Position numbers and translations under genes: made by a program. A model generated the notes under the pieces. That model worked only from the letters and a program-made list of their open reading frames with translations, did no database searches and had not been told where the DNA came from. This document shows, piece by piece, positions 19,957-30,473 of a stretch of DNA of 64,000 nucleotides. The stretch comes from an uncultured Poribacteria bacterium (GTDB lineage Bacteria; Poribacteria; WGA-4E; WGA-3G): contig CATQHZ020000001.1 in the NCBI GenBank assembly GCA_958296135.2, positions 3,520,001 to 3,584,000 on the forward strand, written 5' to 3'. Within the stretch, counting starts at the first letter, position 1. Each line of letters begins with the position of its first letter.

Positions 19957-21090
19957 TCACTCTCCTCGGATTACCACCGGTTTTTGCACGATGGTGCCAT
20001 CTGCTATCCGTTGCAGTCCGGGTAAAACGACTTCTACAATGGTGCCAGGTTCCTCACCTGTCTGCCGTGAACCTTGGATCTCATGCGCCCGCGAATCGGA
20101 TTTTGTGTATCCCACCTCAATTGGAACGATTTCGTAGCCGACAAGATGTAGGAATTTATCCATGCGTTCGGATAGTGCCTCAAACGGCATGCATCTTGCC
20201 ACGCTGTTAAAAAGCCTGTCGGTGATGAACCGCGGAATAAAGGCATCGTATTCCGCAGAGTCTACCTCGCGTCCTTGTTCATAACCGATGAGCATCCCTT
20301 CAAACCGTGCCACATAAACGGCGCAAGTATTCCGGATGTCATCCAGTTCGGCATCCGTGATGCACTCAATTTCCACCGAGAGCGGCGGTGGCGACGGTGG
20401 TGACTCCCCGCGAATCGCGCTGAGTCTCGCTGTGATATCCTCTCTCCGACATGTCAAAGTCTCAATGACATTCGGGTTTGACTCACCCAAGCGTTCTAAT
20501 TCGGCTTTCCACGTTCCGAGCGCTCGCGCCATCAGATTGAGAAACTGAAGAACCCTCTGACTTGGCGTAGCGGTTTCCATCTCACCCAACTCAATCGGTT
20601 GCCCCTCATAATAGGCACGCGCCAATGCCAAGACCTGGGCCCGCGTTTTCCGGACAATTGCCACTGCCTCTGCTTTTAATCCCCCGGTCTCATTGATGCC
20701 TGTTTTTAGCGAATCCAAGGGGGCATCGCTTAACGGTTCTGGTTCGGGACTTGGAGGTGCGTTTACAAGCCGCGGCTGCTCAATAGCCGCTGGTGCCTTA
20801 GCCTCATCCAACAGTTTTCGTAAATCATCTATGGAATTTGGCCACTCTTTTTTGCCTATTCGGAAATAGAACTTCTCGTATTTTTCAAATCCCTTGGGCA
20901 ATTTCACCGTCCGTGAAACGCCAGCGAGCAACTGAAAATGTTTCAACGAATGATTTAATTTCCCCAGTTTCTGATAGCGAATGTCAATATATTTTCTGTC
21001 TTGACCACGGTTATTGAAGACCAGAATCGCCTGCTCATGTTCCCAGCCGGCTGAGATAGAAATATGCTCAATTATTGCCACTTGCCGCAT
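19957..21090 (-). CDS. GrpE-domain protein (soluble paralog)
   Basis: C-terminal D...HE......GTIVEVV.PG.....G.....P.V GrpE beta-domain signature. Confidence 0.7.
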   Translation of the reverse strand: MRQVAIIEHISISAGWEHEQAILVFNNRGQDRKYIDIRYQKLGKLNHSLKHFQLLAGVSRTVKLPKGFEKYEKFYFRIGKKEWPNSIDDLRKLLDEAKAPAAIEQPRLVNAPPSPEPEPLSDAPLDSLKTGINETGGLKAEAVAIVRKTRAQVLALARAYYEGQPIELGEMETATPSQRVLQFLNLMARALGTWKAELERLGESNPNVIETLTCRREDITARLSAIRGESPPSPPPLSVEIECITDAELDDIRNTCAVYVARFEGMLIGYEQGREVDSAEYDAFIPRFITDRLFNSVARCMPFEALSERMDKFLHLVGYEIVPIEVGYTKSDSRAHEIQGSRQTGEEPGTIVEVVLPGLQRIADGTIVQKPVVIRGE

Positions 21091-21107
21091 TTTTCAACCT
21101 CATCCCA

Positions 21108-22289
21108 TTACTCCCCGCGAATCACCACCGGTTTTTGCACGGGGGTACCGTCTGCTATCCGTTGCAGTCCGGGTAACACCACCTCAACAATGGTGCCGGG
21201 TTCATCCCCCGTCTGCCGTGAACCTTGGATCTCATGCGCGCGCGAATCGGCTTTCGTGCGCCCTATCTCAATCGGAACGATTTCACAACCGACAAGCCCT
21301 AAGAATTTATGCAAGCGTTCAGACAGCTGCTCAAACGGCATCATCCGCGCTACGCCGTTGAAAAGCCTCTCGGTGATGAACTGAGGAATAAATGTGCTGT
21401 ATGCCTCTCTGTCTACCTCACGTCCCTGCTCGTAGCCGATGAGCATCCCTTGAAACTGAGCCACATAAACGGCGCACGCGTTCAGTATGTCATTCAATTC
21501 CAGTTCTGTCGTGGGCGAGGTTTCGACTTCAAGCGGCGGGGGCGCAGGCGGGGACTCCCCACGGATGGCTTGCAGTTTCGCGGTGATGTCCGATTCCCGG
21601 TATGTCAGAACGTCAACAAGCTCGGAATTCGCCTCATCCGATTGCACGACTTCCGTTTTCCATTTCCCGATGTCGCTTGCCAGCATATTTAAAAACCCTA
21701 ACACATTCTGACTCGGCGTGGGAGTTTCGAGCTCCCCTAGTTCAATCGGCTGTCCCTCGCGATAAGTGCGCGCCAAGGCCGATACCTGTTCCACTGCCTC
21801 TCGAACAGCCCTCTCGGCTTCTTGCTGGTAGGCAATCAAAGTATCTTTCGTCACCTCGCCCACTTCCAACTTCTCCAAATCCACCTCTAGATTGTGGACG
21901 CGCGTATTGGTTTGCGCAAGGGTATTTCGGAGATTCTCCTGTGCCTCTTTCGTCTCTTTTAATTCCTGGGTGTTGTCTCTGCCAACCTTTTCAACGCGCG
22001 CTAACCTTTGCGTCAAATCTTGTCTCAGTTGGCAGGATGTGGCGTTCCACCCTTCTTTCAGTTCTTGCAACTGCTTCTGCTGCCGGACCGCCTGGAAACC
22101 GAGGATAACAAGCGCGGCTATAACGATAAGCACACCGAGGATAACAAGGGAATCCCAGAACCAAGCTGCCAAAAAATTCGGTTCCGCAGGTGCTTGTTCA
22201 GCGTTATCTTGTGAATACCCTAACGAGGCACCCCCAAACAAGACGAAGGCGATAAGCATTGCCGCAGCTATAAAACGATACGTAGCCAT
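21108..22289 (-). CDS. Membrane-anchored coiled-coil GrpE-domain protein
   Basis: Signal peptide, TM helix, coiled coil, and a C-terminal GrpE domain nearly identical to that of 19957-21090. Confidence 0.72.
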   Translation of the reverse strand: MATYRFIAAAMLIAFVLFGGASLGYSQDNAEQAPAEPNFLAAWFWDSLVILGVLIVIAALVILGFQAVRQQKQLQELKEGWNATSCQLRQDLTQRLARVEKVGRDNTQELKETKEAQENLRNTLAQTNTRVHNLEVDLEKLEVGEVTKDTLIAYQQEAERAVREAVEQVSALARTYREGQPIELGELETPTPSQNVLGFLNMLASDIGKWKTEVVQSDEANSELVDVLTYRESDITAKLQAIRGESPPAPPPLEVETSPTTELELNDILNACAVYVAQFQGMLIGYEQGREVDREAYSTFIPQFITERLFNGVARMMPFEQLSERLHKFLGLVGCEIVPIEIGRTKADSRAHEIQGSRQTGDEPGTIVEVVLPGLQRIADGTPVQKPVVIRGE

Positions 22290-22336
22290 TTTCTTTTCTC
22301 CAGAATCTGAAAAACTTCGTGTCTTGAACTTGTGCG

Positions 22337-23545
22337 TCAGTCCATCAGAACCGGCACGGTAAATTCAACAGTCCGCGGTTCGCGCGCTTCAGGCAAATGG
22401 ACTTCAAAGGTACCGTGGGCAGAATCTGACAAGGCGACTGAGAGAACAAACTCCCCGTTTTTGTTGTTTGCCCCCGCGTCTACCTCAAGCGTCGCGAGGT
22501 GATGCATATCGCTGCTGTCCGCCAAGGATAAGCCGCAGAAAAGATGCATATCAAATGGCGCAAGGGTTCCCTTGACACGAAAGGCTTTTTTCCGTTGATA
22601 CGGAGGTGTCCACTCTTTCGGGATGAGCTCAACCCAACGGCCACTGGGTAACCTCACACCGAAGCAGAAGCGATAGGTAAAGTGGATAGGCTTTTCAAGG
22701 CTATGCGTCTCAAATTGCCGCACCAATTCCGCGCCGCCCAGAAGCGTGGCATCCTCCTGTGGCTCAAGGAAGGTGGCACTGCAACGCGCCTGCAACGATT
22801 TCATGAGCGCACTGCCTGAATCCGAAATCGCGCCTGAAAAACCGATGACAATCGGGACATTTGCCGCAACCTTTTTTACAGTTTGGAGCAAATCCGAGAC
22901 AGGTTTCTCCGTATCCATGAAGAAGTCGGAATACCGCCGGATATCACACAACTCTAATTTTTCGCACGCTGCCTCTCGTTCACAAATCAGGTGATAGCGC
23001 GTTAAGTCGTGCCGCGAAAAATGGACGAGAAACGCCTGAAGTTCGTCTAAAGCGGCGAGTCTCTCCTGCCATGCATCCCGATAAGAGAAAGCGAGACACA
23101 GGCTCTGCGTGAGACAACTCCGAAGCACCGCGTTTGAGGCATTGAACCCCGGTTTCTCAATCCCCTTGAATGCCTTCCGAAGTTGCTGCCGATGCACCCC
23201 TTTCCACTGATACGGCGTGATAACATACACCGACATCGCTTCTTGCGGTAATTGCCGATGGAAAATTTCTTCCAGAAACGCGCGAAATAGGCACGCCAAA
23301 GTCGGTGCATCTGTCATCTCTTTAAGATGCAAATCCAACTCTGTAAACCGAACTTCTGTTGGGCGGTTTGAGTCAAGCCGATCGAACGCTTCCCCGAAGC
23401 ATGCCGATAAGGTGCCATCGGCTGCCTGCTGGAAACCTACTTCCCACGGCAGGTTCAGTTCAAGGGATTCAATCCCATCGTCGCTTATCATCCCACCTCG
23501 AATTTCGGGCGCAGAAAAATCGATGATGCATACGCGTTTCTGCAT
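22337..23545 (-). CDS. Degenerate Hsp70/actin-like fold protein
   Basis: N-terminal CIIDFS, VITPYQW....RQ.L..A, P.DATLLGGA and an SBD-like FGV......ELIPK...P; ATP-binding GTT and GGGT motifs missing. Confidence 0.6.
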   Translation of the reverse strand: MQKRVCIIDFSAPEIRGGMISDDGIESLELNLPWEVGFQQAADGTLSACFGEAFDRLDSNRPTEVRFTELDLHLKEMTDAPTLACLFRAFLEEIFHRQLPQEAMSVYVITPYQWKGVHRQQLRKAFKGIEKPGFNASNAVLRSCLTQSLCLAFSYRDAWQERLAALDELQAFLVHFSRHDLTRYHLICEREAACEKLELCDIRRYSDFFMDTEKPVSDLLQTVKKVAANVPIVIGFSGAISDSGSALMKSLQARCSATFLEPQEDATLLGGAELVRQFETHSLEKPIHFTYRFCFGVRLPSGRWVELIPKEWTPPYQRKKAFRVKGTLAPFDMHLFCGLSLADSSDMHHLATLEVDAGANNKNGEFVLSVALSDSAHGTFEVHLPEAREPRTVEFTVPVLMD

Positions 23546-23579
23546 GAGTCATCCTGTGTGTCATGAAGCCAACGGCAAA

Positions 23580-26366
23580 TCAGATTTCATCAACAAACGC
23601 AGGGGCCTCTCGCTGGACAGTTGATTTGTACTCCTGCCCATCGACGAGTGCAGTTAATTCAATCTCGCCGCTGGCTTTGACTGCCATTTTCAGGCGTGCC
23701 TTTCGTAGGGCCACATCGGGTACCCGCTTTGGCAACTCAAGTGTGTAACTGTCAATTTGCGAAGCGTTTGCGAGGCTGTTACCCCTGTCGAAATGCTCGT
23801 GGACACTAATAAGGGTTGTCAGCGAATTAAGCGGGAAATCCGTAATCTCCGAACTTTCGTCAGGAATGCGTTGCCCTTTCGGAATAATTTCACCAAATAC
23901 GGGTTTCCCGCGAGTTATCTGCAGGATACCGAGCCGCGAATGTGTTTTATTGGCCATGTCAACGGTTTTCACGGCATCTCCCGGTAACAGTTGGGTTACG
24001 CCATATTGTGCAGCACCAATGACGACACAGGCCTTGGGATGTTCAGCGAGGTGAATATCAACAACGTCTGTGGCATATTGTGAGCGGAAATGGGATGCCA
24101 TCATCTCCTTGACTATGGGCATTTTTGACGATTGCCCGGCGAGGACTACGGTATTCGGAATAACGCCGCCCGCTTCGGAAATCATGGTATCAATAGCAGC
24201 GAAGGTTTTGTCTAATGCAGGTTGGATAAGCGTCTGCAATTGCTCCCGTGAGAGTTCCACGGTCATTTCACGTTGTGTCGGCGTTTCAAGGGTGCTTCCG
24301 TCATTTCCAATGTGCGGGGCAGAACGTGTCGGCTGCTGCAGTAGCAAGCTTTCAAGAGTGCTTACGCCATCTCCTACCTTAACCTGCAGGTAACCTAAGA
24401 ACCGGGACTTTACTGCTGACTTCTCGCTGAGCGCCCTTTTCATATCCTCGGCAGCATCGTAAACGAAAGCGTTTTCCCGGGTCGCCCTATCAACGGCTGG
24501 CTCTCCAGAAGGCTGCAGGATTTTCCGCCGCTTCAGATACGGGATGTCAAACCGTATGCCAGGAGTGGCACTCCGAATCAGTTTCCCGCATTCATCCAGA
24601 ACGAAGTCAACGATTGCCTGCGTCACATCGTCTCCACCGTATTTCGGATTTCCGCCGCGGGCGAGCGGTTCAATCTTGATCTCGTTACTGTCGCTTGTTA
24701 CCTGCGACAGAACAATGTCAATGGTGCCACCCCCGAAATCGTAAACCATCAGTCTATAGTCGTCTGGCAGCGGTTCTTCACGTCCCCCCAAAATTGTGCC
24801 GATAGAAGCCGCTGAAGCTTCATCAATGAGGATGAGCTCGGTGATGCCGATGTTCTCAAACGCGAGTCTCAGATCTTCCTTCTGCTGCCAAGTGAACATC
24901 GTCGGGTGCGTAACTACACATTTCGTAACCTTCGATTTCGCCGTCAAGGTGTCCAAATGTGCTTCTGCCTGAACGACAAGGTATTTAAGAATCTCGGCAG
25001 CCACATCACGCGGTTGCAATTTCAATGCGCGCGGAAATTGGCGATTCCATTGATATCCCAACCAACGCTTCACAGAAGTGATGTAGTAAGGCCCATCGAT
25101 TTCGCTCGTCCGAAAATCTTCCGCAGCAGACCCGACAGAAGATGTTCCCTTATTTGCAGGGTGACTGTGGTAGACAATTGACGATGGCATAATCTCCGAA
25201 GAACCTGCTTCGCCTCGCAACGGAATAAGTTTCGGCTCGTAGGTAGCCTCATCGATGTAGGCACAGCAAGAATTCGTCGTGCCGAAGTCAATAGCGACGT
25301 AATGTGGATATGGCTCTAGCCGCTCGACCTTTACGTTCAGTAGGACATCTTCGTACCGTGGTGCGGTCTCACAATTAATAGTAAATCGAATCGGATACGC
25401 ACCCGGTTCGATATCAACCGCGGAAACCAATACATCTACGTTTCGGTGGCCACCCCCTTCAATTTCTATCGGATACTTGACATCTGGGAGGCTGACGAGG
25501 CCGGGAGGTCCTTCAATGTCAATCTCCTGAATTTTCAATAGAGACTCGCCTTGGTTCTGAAGCGTTAAGGTATGGGTTATCTCTCGTTCTTGCGTTATTT
25601 CCAGATTCGCTATGGGCACGAATAACTTCGGCGGTTCCGGTTCCAGCTCCGCTTGGATGCGAACCGTCTGTTCAATAGGTTCCGCAAGTCCGCGCAGTTC
25701 AAAACGCAAGGTTTCTTCATTAACCCCTTTGCGGAGTTTCCTGCAATCAACCTCAAGGCGAACGCGTTTCGCTGCGTCGCCTTCTTTATAGCGTCCTTTC
25801 ATGAAGCGGACGCTCTTGATTTTTCCCGGTGAGAACTGAACGCGGCTAATATCAAATTGGCTCCGCGTCACCTCAACACGGAGCTCTAGGTTCATCGTCT
25901 CCGTGCCTTTGCGGTAGCGCGCCACGCTCGGGCTCGGCAGCAGTTTAAAAGCGGGCTCTGGCAATGCCCGTAGGGTGAGTGATTCTGTGCCTTTGAGGTT
26001 GGGCAACGTTTCATGAACACGCACGCGGATGTTCTCGGGTTGCAGCGTTAACTTCCCCGGGTCTACCTGTATAGCAATCGCGGCGGATTGTCCCGCGTTC
26101 ACTTTAAACGGTTGCGCATACGCGGCATCCACAAGTTGATGCTTCGTCTTGAGCGGTTGAAAAGTCATCGGGCAGCTGCCGGTATTTTCGACAAGCAGCG
26201 TCGCCTCGCGGGTGGCCGTGTCATTCCTGATGGGGCTGTAAAACAGCGGGGCCTCCTTCCATCGCACCGAAAAATCGAAGGTTGAACAGCCACAATAGCC
26301 GCAATACCGCTCGTGCGCGAAGATTTCCCAACCGACGTTGCAGTTTGAACACACTGTGCCTGCCAT
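23580..26366 (-). CDS. Hsp70-family ATPase with N-terminal zinc ribbon and Ig-like domains
   Basis: VAIDFGTTNS, LIDEASAA, VYDFGGGTIDI, GGDDV, LAGQSSKMP; N-terminal CSNC..YCGYCG. Confidence 0.88.
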   Translation of the reverse strand: MAGTVCSNCNVGWEIFAHERYCGYCGCSTFDFSVRWKEAPLFYSPIRNDTATREATLLVENTGSCPMTFQPLKTKHQLVDAAYAQPFKVNAGQSAAIAIQVDPGKLTLQPENIRVRVHETLPNLKGTESLTLRALPEPAFKLLPSPSVARYRKGTETMNLELRVEVTRSQFDISRVQFSPGKIKSVRFMKGRYKEGDAAKRVRLEVDCRKLRKGVNEETLRFELRGLAEPIEQTVRIQAELEPEPPKLFVPIANLEITQEREITHTLTLQNQGESLLKIQEIDIEGPPGLVSLPDVKYPIEIEGGGHRNVDVLVSAVDIEPGAYPIRFTINCETAPRYEDVLLNVKVERLEPYPHYVAIDFGTTNSCCAYIDEATYEPKLIPLRGEAGSSEIMPSSIVYHSHPANKGTSSVGSAAEDFRTSEIDGPYYITSVKRWLGYQWNRQFPRALKLQPRDVAAEILKYLVVQAEAHLDTLTAKSKVTKCVVTHPTMFTWQQKEDLRLAFENIGITELILIDEASAASIGTILGGREEPLPDDYRLMVYDFGGGTIDIVLSQVTSDSNEIKIEPLARGGNPKYGGDDVTQAIVDFVLDECGKLIRSATPGIRFDIPYLKRRKILQPSGEPAVDRATRENAFVYDAAEDMKRALSEKSAVKSRFLGYLQVKVGDGVSTLESLLLQQPTRSAPHIGNDGSTLETPTQREMTVELSREQLQTLIQPALDKTFAAIDTMISEAGGVIPNTVVLAGQSSKMPIVKEMMASHFRSQYATDVVDIHLAEHPKACVVIGAAQYGVTQLLPGDAVKTVDMANKTHSRLGILQITRGKPVFGEIIPKGQRIPDESSEITDFPLNSLTTLISVHEHFDRGNSLANASQIDSYTLELPKRVPDVALRKARLKMAVKASGEIELTALVDGQEYKSTVQREAPAFVDEI

Positions 26367-26372
26367 ACCCGA

Positions 26373-29300
26373 TTATTCCTTCTTCAACTTCCCGATGTCC
26401 ATATCCGCAAAAGAGAACGGCTTAGGTGTTCCTGCAGGCTTTTCCTGCGTCGGTTCAGGAGGCTGTGTCGGCGCGGACAGCGAGTCTTCAGCGGCAACTT
26501 CTTCAGTCGGTTCAGGTTCGCCTTCACCCCACACAGATTCGTCCTCGCTCCCGGTGCTCTCGTGTGATGCAGCTGTCTCGGCAGCGGCATGTCCCTGCAC
26601 GTTTTCGCTTACCGTTTCGGAGAAACCGCCAGAGGCATACTCAGCCTCTTCAGAGGAGACTTCTTCAAAGCCACTATCCGCTCCTGTTCCATCTGCCATG
26701 CCTCCACCGCCTGGATTCGGAGAAACTTGATGTCTTTCAGATGCTGCCGCAGGTTCCGCGCGGAAATGTGCATCGAATATACCATCTGCATCGGGCGGTT
26801 CCACATCGCCATTAGGATAGACTTCACCCAGAAATTTTCTGTAAAATTCACTCAGTCTACGGCGTGCGTCAAGGTTGGCAACATCCTCAAGCAGATGATT
26901 GATGACTCCAGTGACGGTCTCACGGCCCAGCTGCGCGAATGTTAACTGAACCGCCTCGATGAATTCATCGTAAGAGGACGCATTCTCTCGACGAGAGAGC
27001 CTCTTCATTCCCTCCAGGTCATCGGACAAGCCGAGCGTTTGAACGAGCCCATCAACATAATACTCAAACACATATCTGCCGTGATGCAGCCGAAACACGT
27101 CCGAAAACGCCTCGCGGGTGACATGGCAGATTTCAGGTACCAGACGCGCTAAAGCCCGACACCATCGCGCGAGCCTATCACTTTTGTGATAAAGCTCCAG
27201 GTCAAACAGATCCGGATTTTTATGGGTTCGGTGCCCGTAAGCCGCGCGGCTCTGTTCAAAATGTTGCTTAAGCGTTTCGTAGGACACCAAGTCATCCAAT
27301 GCAAAACCTGCCTCCTCTTCATAGAAAAAGAGGAGGTGGTCAACAGAAGATGGGCCTAGTCGCGGAAAGCCAAGTTGCTGCCCTAGGTCCGGTAACGCGT
27401 TCCCAATCGGATCGTGCCCGAAGATAATCTTCGGCAGTCTATCAAGCGCAAACACTTGATAATCAGGGTGGAACGTCTGATAGGGATTTGAGCGGCTCGC
27501 TAGATTCCCAATAATGTTGTTGCCTTGGTCGCGTAAAAGATTCTGCGCCTTTGTAACGACAGCCTCAACCTGAATTTGCTCTAACGCTAGCTGCCGATAG
27601 GTTTCCGTCATTTGACGCGTGATGTCTTCAGAACTTCGTTCTAAAAACTCGCGCATCGTTCTCCCACTGAGCAATCTACCGTCAGTGTCCATGCTGGCGA
27701 TTTGGTGGTGTAGCACGTCCGCATCTGTATCAATTCGGTTTTGCGGGTTGTTTGCGACGATTTTCACACACTCCGATTTGGGTGCATTGACAGCAGCGTC
27801 GTAATCGTCTTTGAATTTCTGCGCACAACTCCCCAGGTTCGCCGCAATCTGGTCTAACCGCTGTTTAATCGTCTGCCGGCGATTAGGCCCGTCGGTATTG
27901 CTCGGTTGAACCCCAAAACCGAGTTCTTCGCGAACTTCCTGCAAAACCGGCCGCAGAAAATAATTTCGCAAGCGCACATAAATACTGTTGGCGTTCCCGG
28001 AAATCAAGTTGCAATAGGTTTCGATTAACTCTGTGCGATGTGCCTTAACCGATTGGAGGTGCAGGCCGATGAGTTTCGTCCAGCGATTGTTCTCCGCGCC
28101 CTGCATCCGGTCGAAATCCAACTCGTTCAGGTTTAAAGTGGGCAAGCGTTCTGGACATGCATCAATCGTGTCCTTGATTTTTTCATCAAGTGCTTGAAAG
28201 AACGCGCGGACATCACCGAGGCCGTATGTGCCTTGGAAATCAATGCGTGCTAACTGGTTGTTCAAAGCAGCAGCAAGTACCTCGCGGAACTTCTTTTTGC
28301 ATTCAACCACCTGCATTTCCATTAATTCAAAATATTGGCCGCCCTGGTCAAACTTGTTCCGGAAAGGGCCGCCTTCGCCGCGTGGGAACGCTTGGATCAG
28401 GCTTTTCAGTTGCTGAGCAGTCGTGGTTTCCCTGCCGAATTCTTGTCGCGCTTGATTCAGACACGAATCAATTTGACTCTTGAGCGGTAACTGCCCTTCG
28501 GGATTGGTTAACACATCCATATTCCCGTTTAACATCTCATCCCACTCCTGGCTTGCGGCTGCCACAATCGTAGCCTCAGGCTCCTGCTGGCCTCGCCAAC
28601 TTTCGCATAAACTCTGGCTGATTAAACATGCAGATGCGTTGGCGATACGATATTTGGGGTACCAAACCGCTGTCAAGCCAAAACTCGCGAGACATTTCAC
28701 CATCGTAGGAATCTCACCTTCTGGCACAGGCTTTAAGTCCCCGTAACCAGGGTAACTTTTCCAATCGGTGCGGATGGCTTCTTTGTGGCCGCTAGTATCT
28801 CCGACAGCCTCGGCGAAGAGATTCAGGGCAACCATCAGGTTTAAGCCCTTCTCATCAAATCCGCCATCCGGTAGGGTAAACCTGAGGTTCGGGATTTTGC
28901 CGCTACGAGAGACAAGCATCGTGTAATCAAAGGGTTTTTGCTCCGGATTACGAACCCTGCGCCCACTTGGAAAGGTGACATCATACCTCGTATTTAGGCA
29001 GTTATAGTAGTTTAATTCGGAAAGGCTAGCGTAGCAATTTGCAGCCCGAGCAGCAGTATCCTCGTGTCCGGTCGCTTGATCGTTGTCGTACATGGTAAAA
29101 ATGCCATAAATCCTGTTGGCCTCGTTACCGCCAAGAAGATCTCTGAAAAAGTACGCCACGTCAATAAGCATGCCGCTACAAGAACCGCCACAGAGCGAGC
29201 CAACGACATAGACGTTGATAGCATTCGAGTCTACGAGTTCCCCCTCGGGCACCTGCCCCTTGGCCATATAGTGTTGGTGCAGAATATCAACTGTCTCCTG

Positions 29301-29747
29301 CGTGGTAGCCGGGGCGATAATGGCGTTGCGCGCCGCAAAGAGGGTCTGCTGCATCTCCTGCCAATTTTCCCAGAGACACAGCCTCCCTGCCATCCGAATA
29401 TTGCTGGCACCGGCTCGAAAACTTTGGGCAAAGTCCAAGAGCTGCGGATTGAGCCACTCCGCCAATTGCGGCCTGTGAAGGGGATGACCGGGAGTCAGCC
29501 GGAGGCGAATTGGGCCGATGTCATCAATCGTCGCGCTGACAACCTTGATTTGCTCGTAAGCCTGCTGCTGCTCCGTTGCCATCAGGTCCCAGTCTGCTCC
29601 GCGTACATCACCGTCTGTCTCAATGGCAATATAACGGAAGATAGGCAGCCCCGCGCGCGTATATTCCTCCGCCATGAGTTGGCGGAGGCTTTTTAGAATG
29701 TTTGTGCCGGTTGTTCCAAGGCCGACAAACAGTGTAGGTTTAATCAT
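26373..29747 (-). CDS. Tubulin/FtsZ-like domain protein (Tubulin_2/FtsZl1-like) with long helical extension and acidic tail
   Basis: PTLFVGLGTTG, GASNIRMAGRL, GSLCGGSCSG (variant tubulin signature), ANCYASLSEL, PFDY. Confidence 0.85.
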   Translation of the reverse strand: MIKPTLFVGLGTTGTNILKSLRQLMAEEYTRAGLPIFRYIAIETDGDVRGADWDLMATEQQQAYEQIKVVSATIDDIGPIRLRLTPGHPLHRPQLAEWLNPQLLDFAQSFRAGASNIRMAGRLCLWENWQEMQQTLFAARNAIIAPATTQETVDILHQHYMAKGQVPEGELVDSNAINVYVVGSLCGGSCSGMLIDVAYFFRDLLGGNEANRIYGIFTMYDNDQATGHEDTAARAANCYASLSELNYYNCLNTRYDVTFPSGRRVRNPEQKPFDYTMLVSRSGKIPNLRFTLPDGGFDEKGLNLMVALNLFAEAVGDTSGHKEAIRTDWKSYPGYGDLKPVPEGEIPTMVKCLASFGLTAVWYPKYRIANASACLISQSLCESWRGQQEPEATIVAAASQEWDEMLNGNMDVLTNPEGQLPLKSQIDSCLNQARQEFGRETTTAQQLKSLIQAFPRGEGGPFRNKFDQGGQYFELMEMQVVECKKKFREVLAAALNNQLARIDFQGTYGLGDVRAFFQALDEKIKDTIDACPERLPTLNLNELDFDRMQGAENNRWTKLIGLHLQSVKAHRTELIETYCNLISGNANSIYVRLRNYFLRPVLQEVREELGFGVQPSNTDGPNRRQTIKQRLDQIAANLGSCAQKFKDDYDAAVNAPKSECVKIVANNPQNRIDTDADVLHHQIASMDTDGRLLSGRTMREFLERSSEDITRQMTETYRQLALEQIQVEAVVTKAQNLLRDQGNNIIGNLASRSNPYQTFHPDYQVFALDRLPKIIFGHDPIGNALPDLGQQLGFPRLGPSSVDHLLFFYEEEAGFALDDLVSYETLKQHFEQSRAAYGHRTHKNPDLFDLELYHKSDRLARWCRALARLVPEICHVTREAFSDVFRLHHGRYVFEYYVDGLVQTLGLSDDLEGMKRLSRRENASSYDEFIEAVQLTFAQLGRETVTGVINHLLEDVANLDARRRLSEFYRKFLGEVYPNGDVEPPDADGIFDAHFRAEPAAASERHQVSPNPGGGGMADGTGADSGFEEVSSEEAEYASGGFSETVSENVQGHAAAETAASHESTGSEDESVWGEGEPEPTEEVAAEDSLSAPTQPPEPTQEKPAGTPKPFSFADMDIGKLKKE

Positions 29748-29779
29748 CGTGTGCTCCTTCTCGAAGCATTATGAGATAA

Positions 29780-30175
29780 CTACCTCTTTTTAGGGTTAGG
29801 ATTTCCACCCTGAGGTCTTTGAGTGGGCGCAATCGGCTTGGTTCTCTTCCCACCCTGAGTTGATAGGGACACTAACAGACAAATGTCCACAATCAAGAAT
29901 AGCACATAGAGTGCCAGATAGATAGGGACATACCACCACTCGGCGAGCCGCGGGATGGCGCGGAGCCAAACCCAGATGGACAGCACCGCTCCTCCGAATA
30001 TGTGCGCCCCGAGCGCGATGCGCCACGCGAGCGTTGTCGCTCGTTCGATGCCGAACTTGTTCATGAATAACCGGGCGAGCACAAACGCAATCACCCCCAC
30101 GAAACTGTAAGCGGCGAAGTAGGCGTAAACAGGCAAAATCAACGGATCTACGAAAAAGTCAGCGATAATCTGCAT
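29780..30175 (-). CDS. Small 3-TM membrane protein
   Basis: AAGGAG RBS upstream of ATG 30175; three hydrophobic segments. Confidence 0.7.
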   Translation of the reverse strand: MQIIADFFVDPLILPVYAYFAAYSFVGVIAFVLARLFMNKFGIERATTLAWRIALGAHIFGGAVLSIWVWLRAIPRLAEWWYVPIYLALYVLFLIVDICLLVSLSTQGGKRTKPIAPTQRPQGGNPNPKKR

Positions 30176-30282
30176 CTGAGCTCCTTGCGTTGAGATGAAA
30201 CTCGCTTTAAGTCTACCATATTCCCACCTTAATTTGCAAATTAAAATTCGCCGGATTAGAGACATTCAGTTCTCCCATTTCT

Positions 30283-30338
30283 GTAGGTTGAGATCGCCCG
30301 AGCTCAACCGGGGTCAAGATTGGACGATCTTGACCTAC
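30283..30338. repeat. Inverted pair of GTAG REP-like hairpins
   Basis: GTAGGTTGAGATCGCCCGAGCTCAACC followed by GGTCAAGATTGGACGATCTTGACCTAC. Confidence 0.6.
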
Positions 30339-30444
30339 AGAGAAGAGGCCCGGTGTTGATTTCAAGCGTGATATCAAAAACGGAAACTGAATCACTCTGT
30401 TCGCCGGCTTGGGTTTTGGGAACGTTCAGGCAACTTCACTGTTA

Positions 30445-30473
30445 ATTATAACATATTTTGCACATTTTTGCAA
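30445..30473 (-). promoter_or_regulatory. sigma70-like internal promoter
   Basis: Minus strand TTGCAA-17bp-TATAAT with extended -10 TG. Confidence 0.6.

Noticed and set aside
23580-26366. Housekeeping dnaK/grpE operon
   Set aside because: The domain additions, divergent motifs and absence of dnaJ/hrcA indicate specialised paralogs
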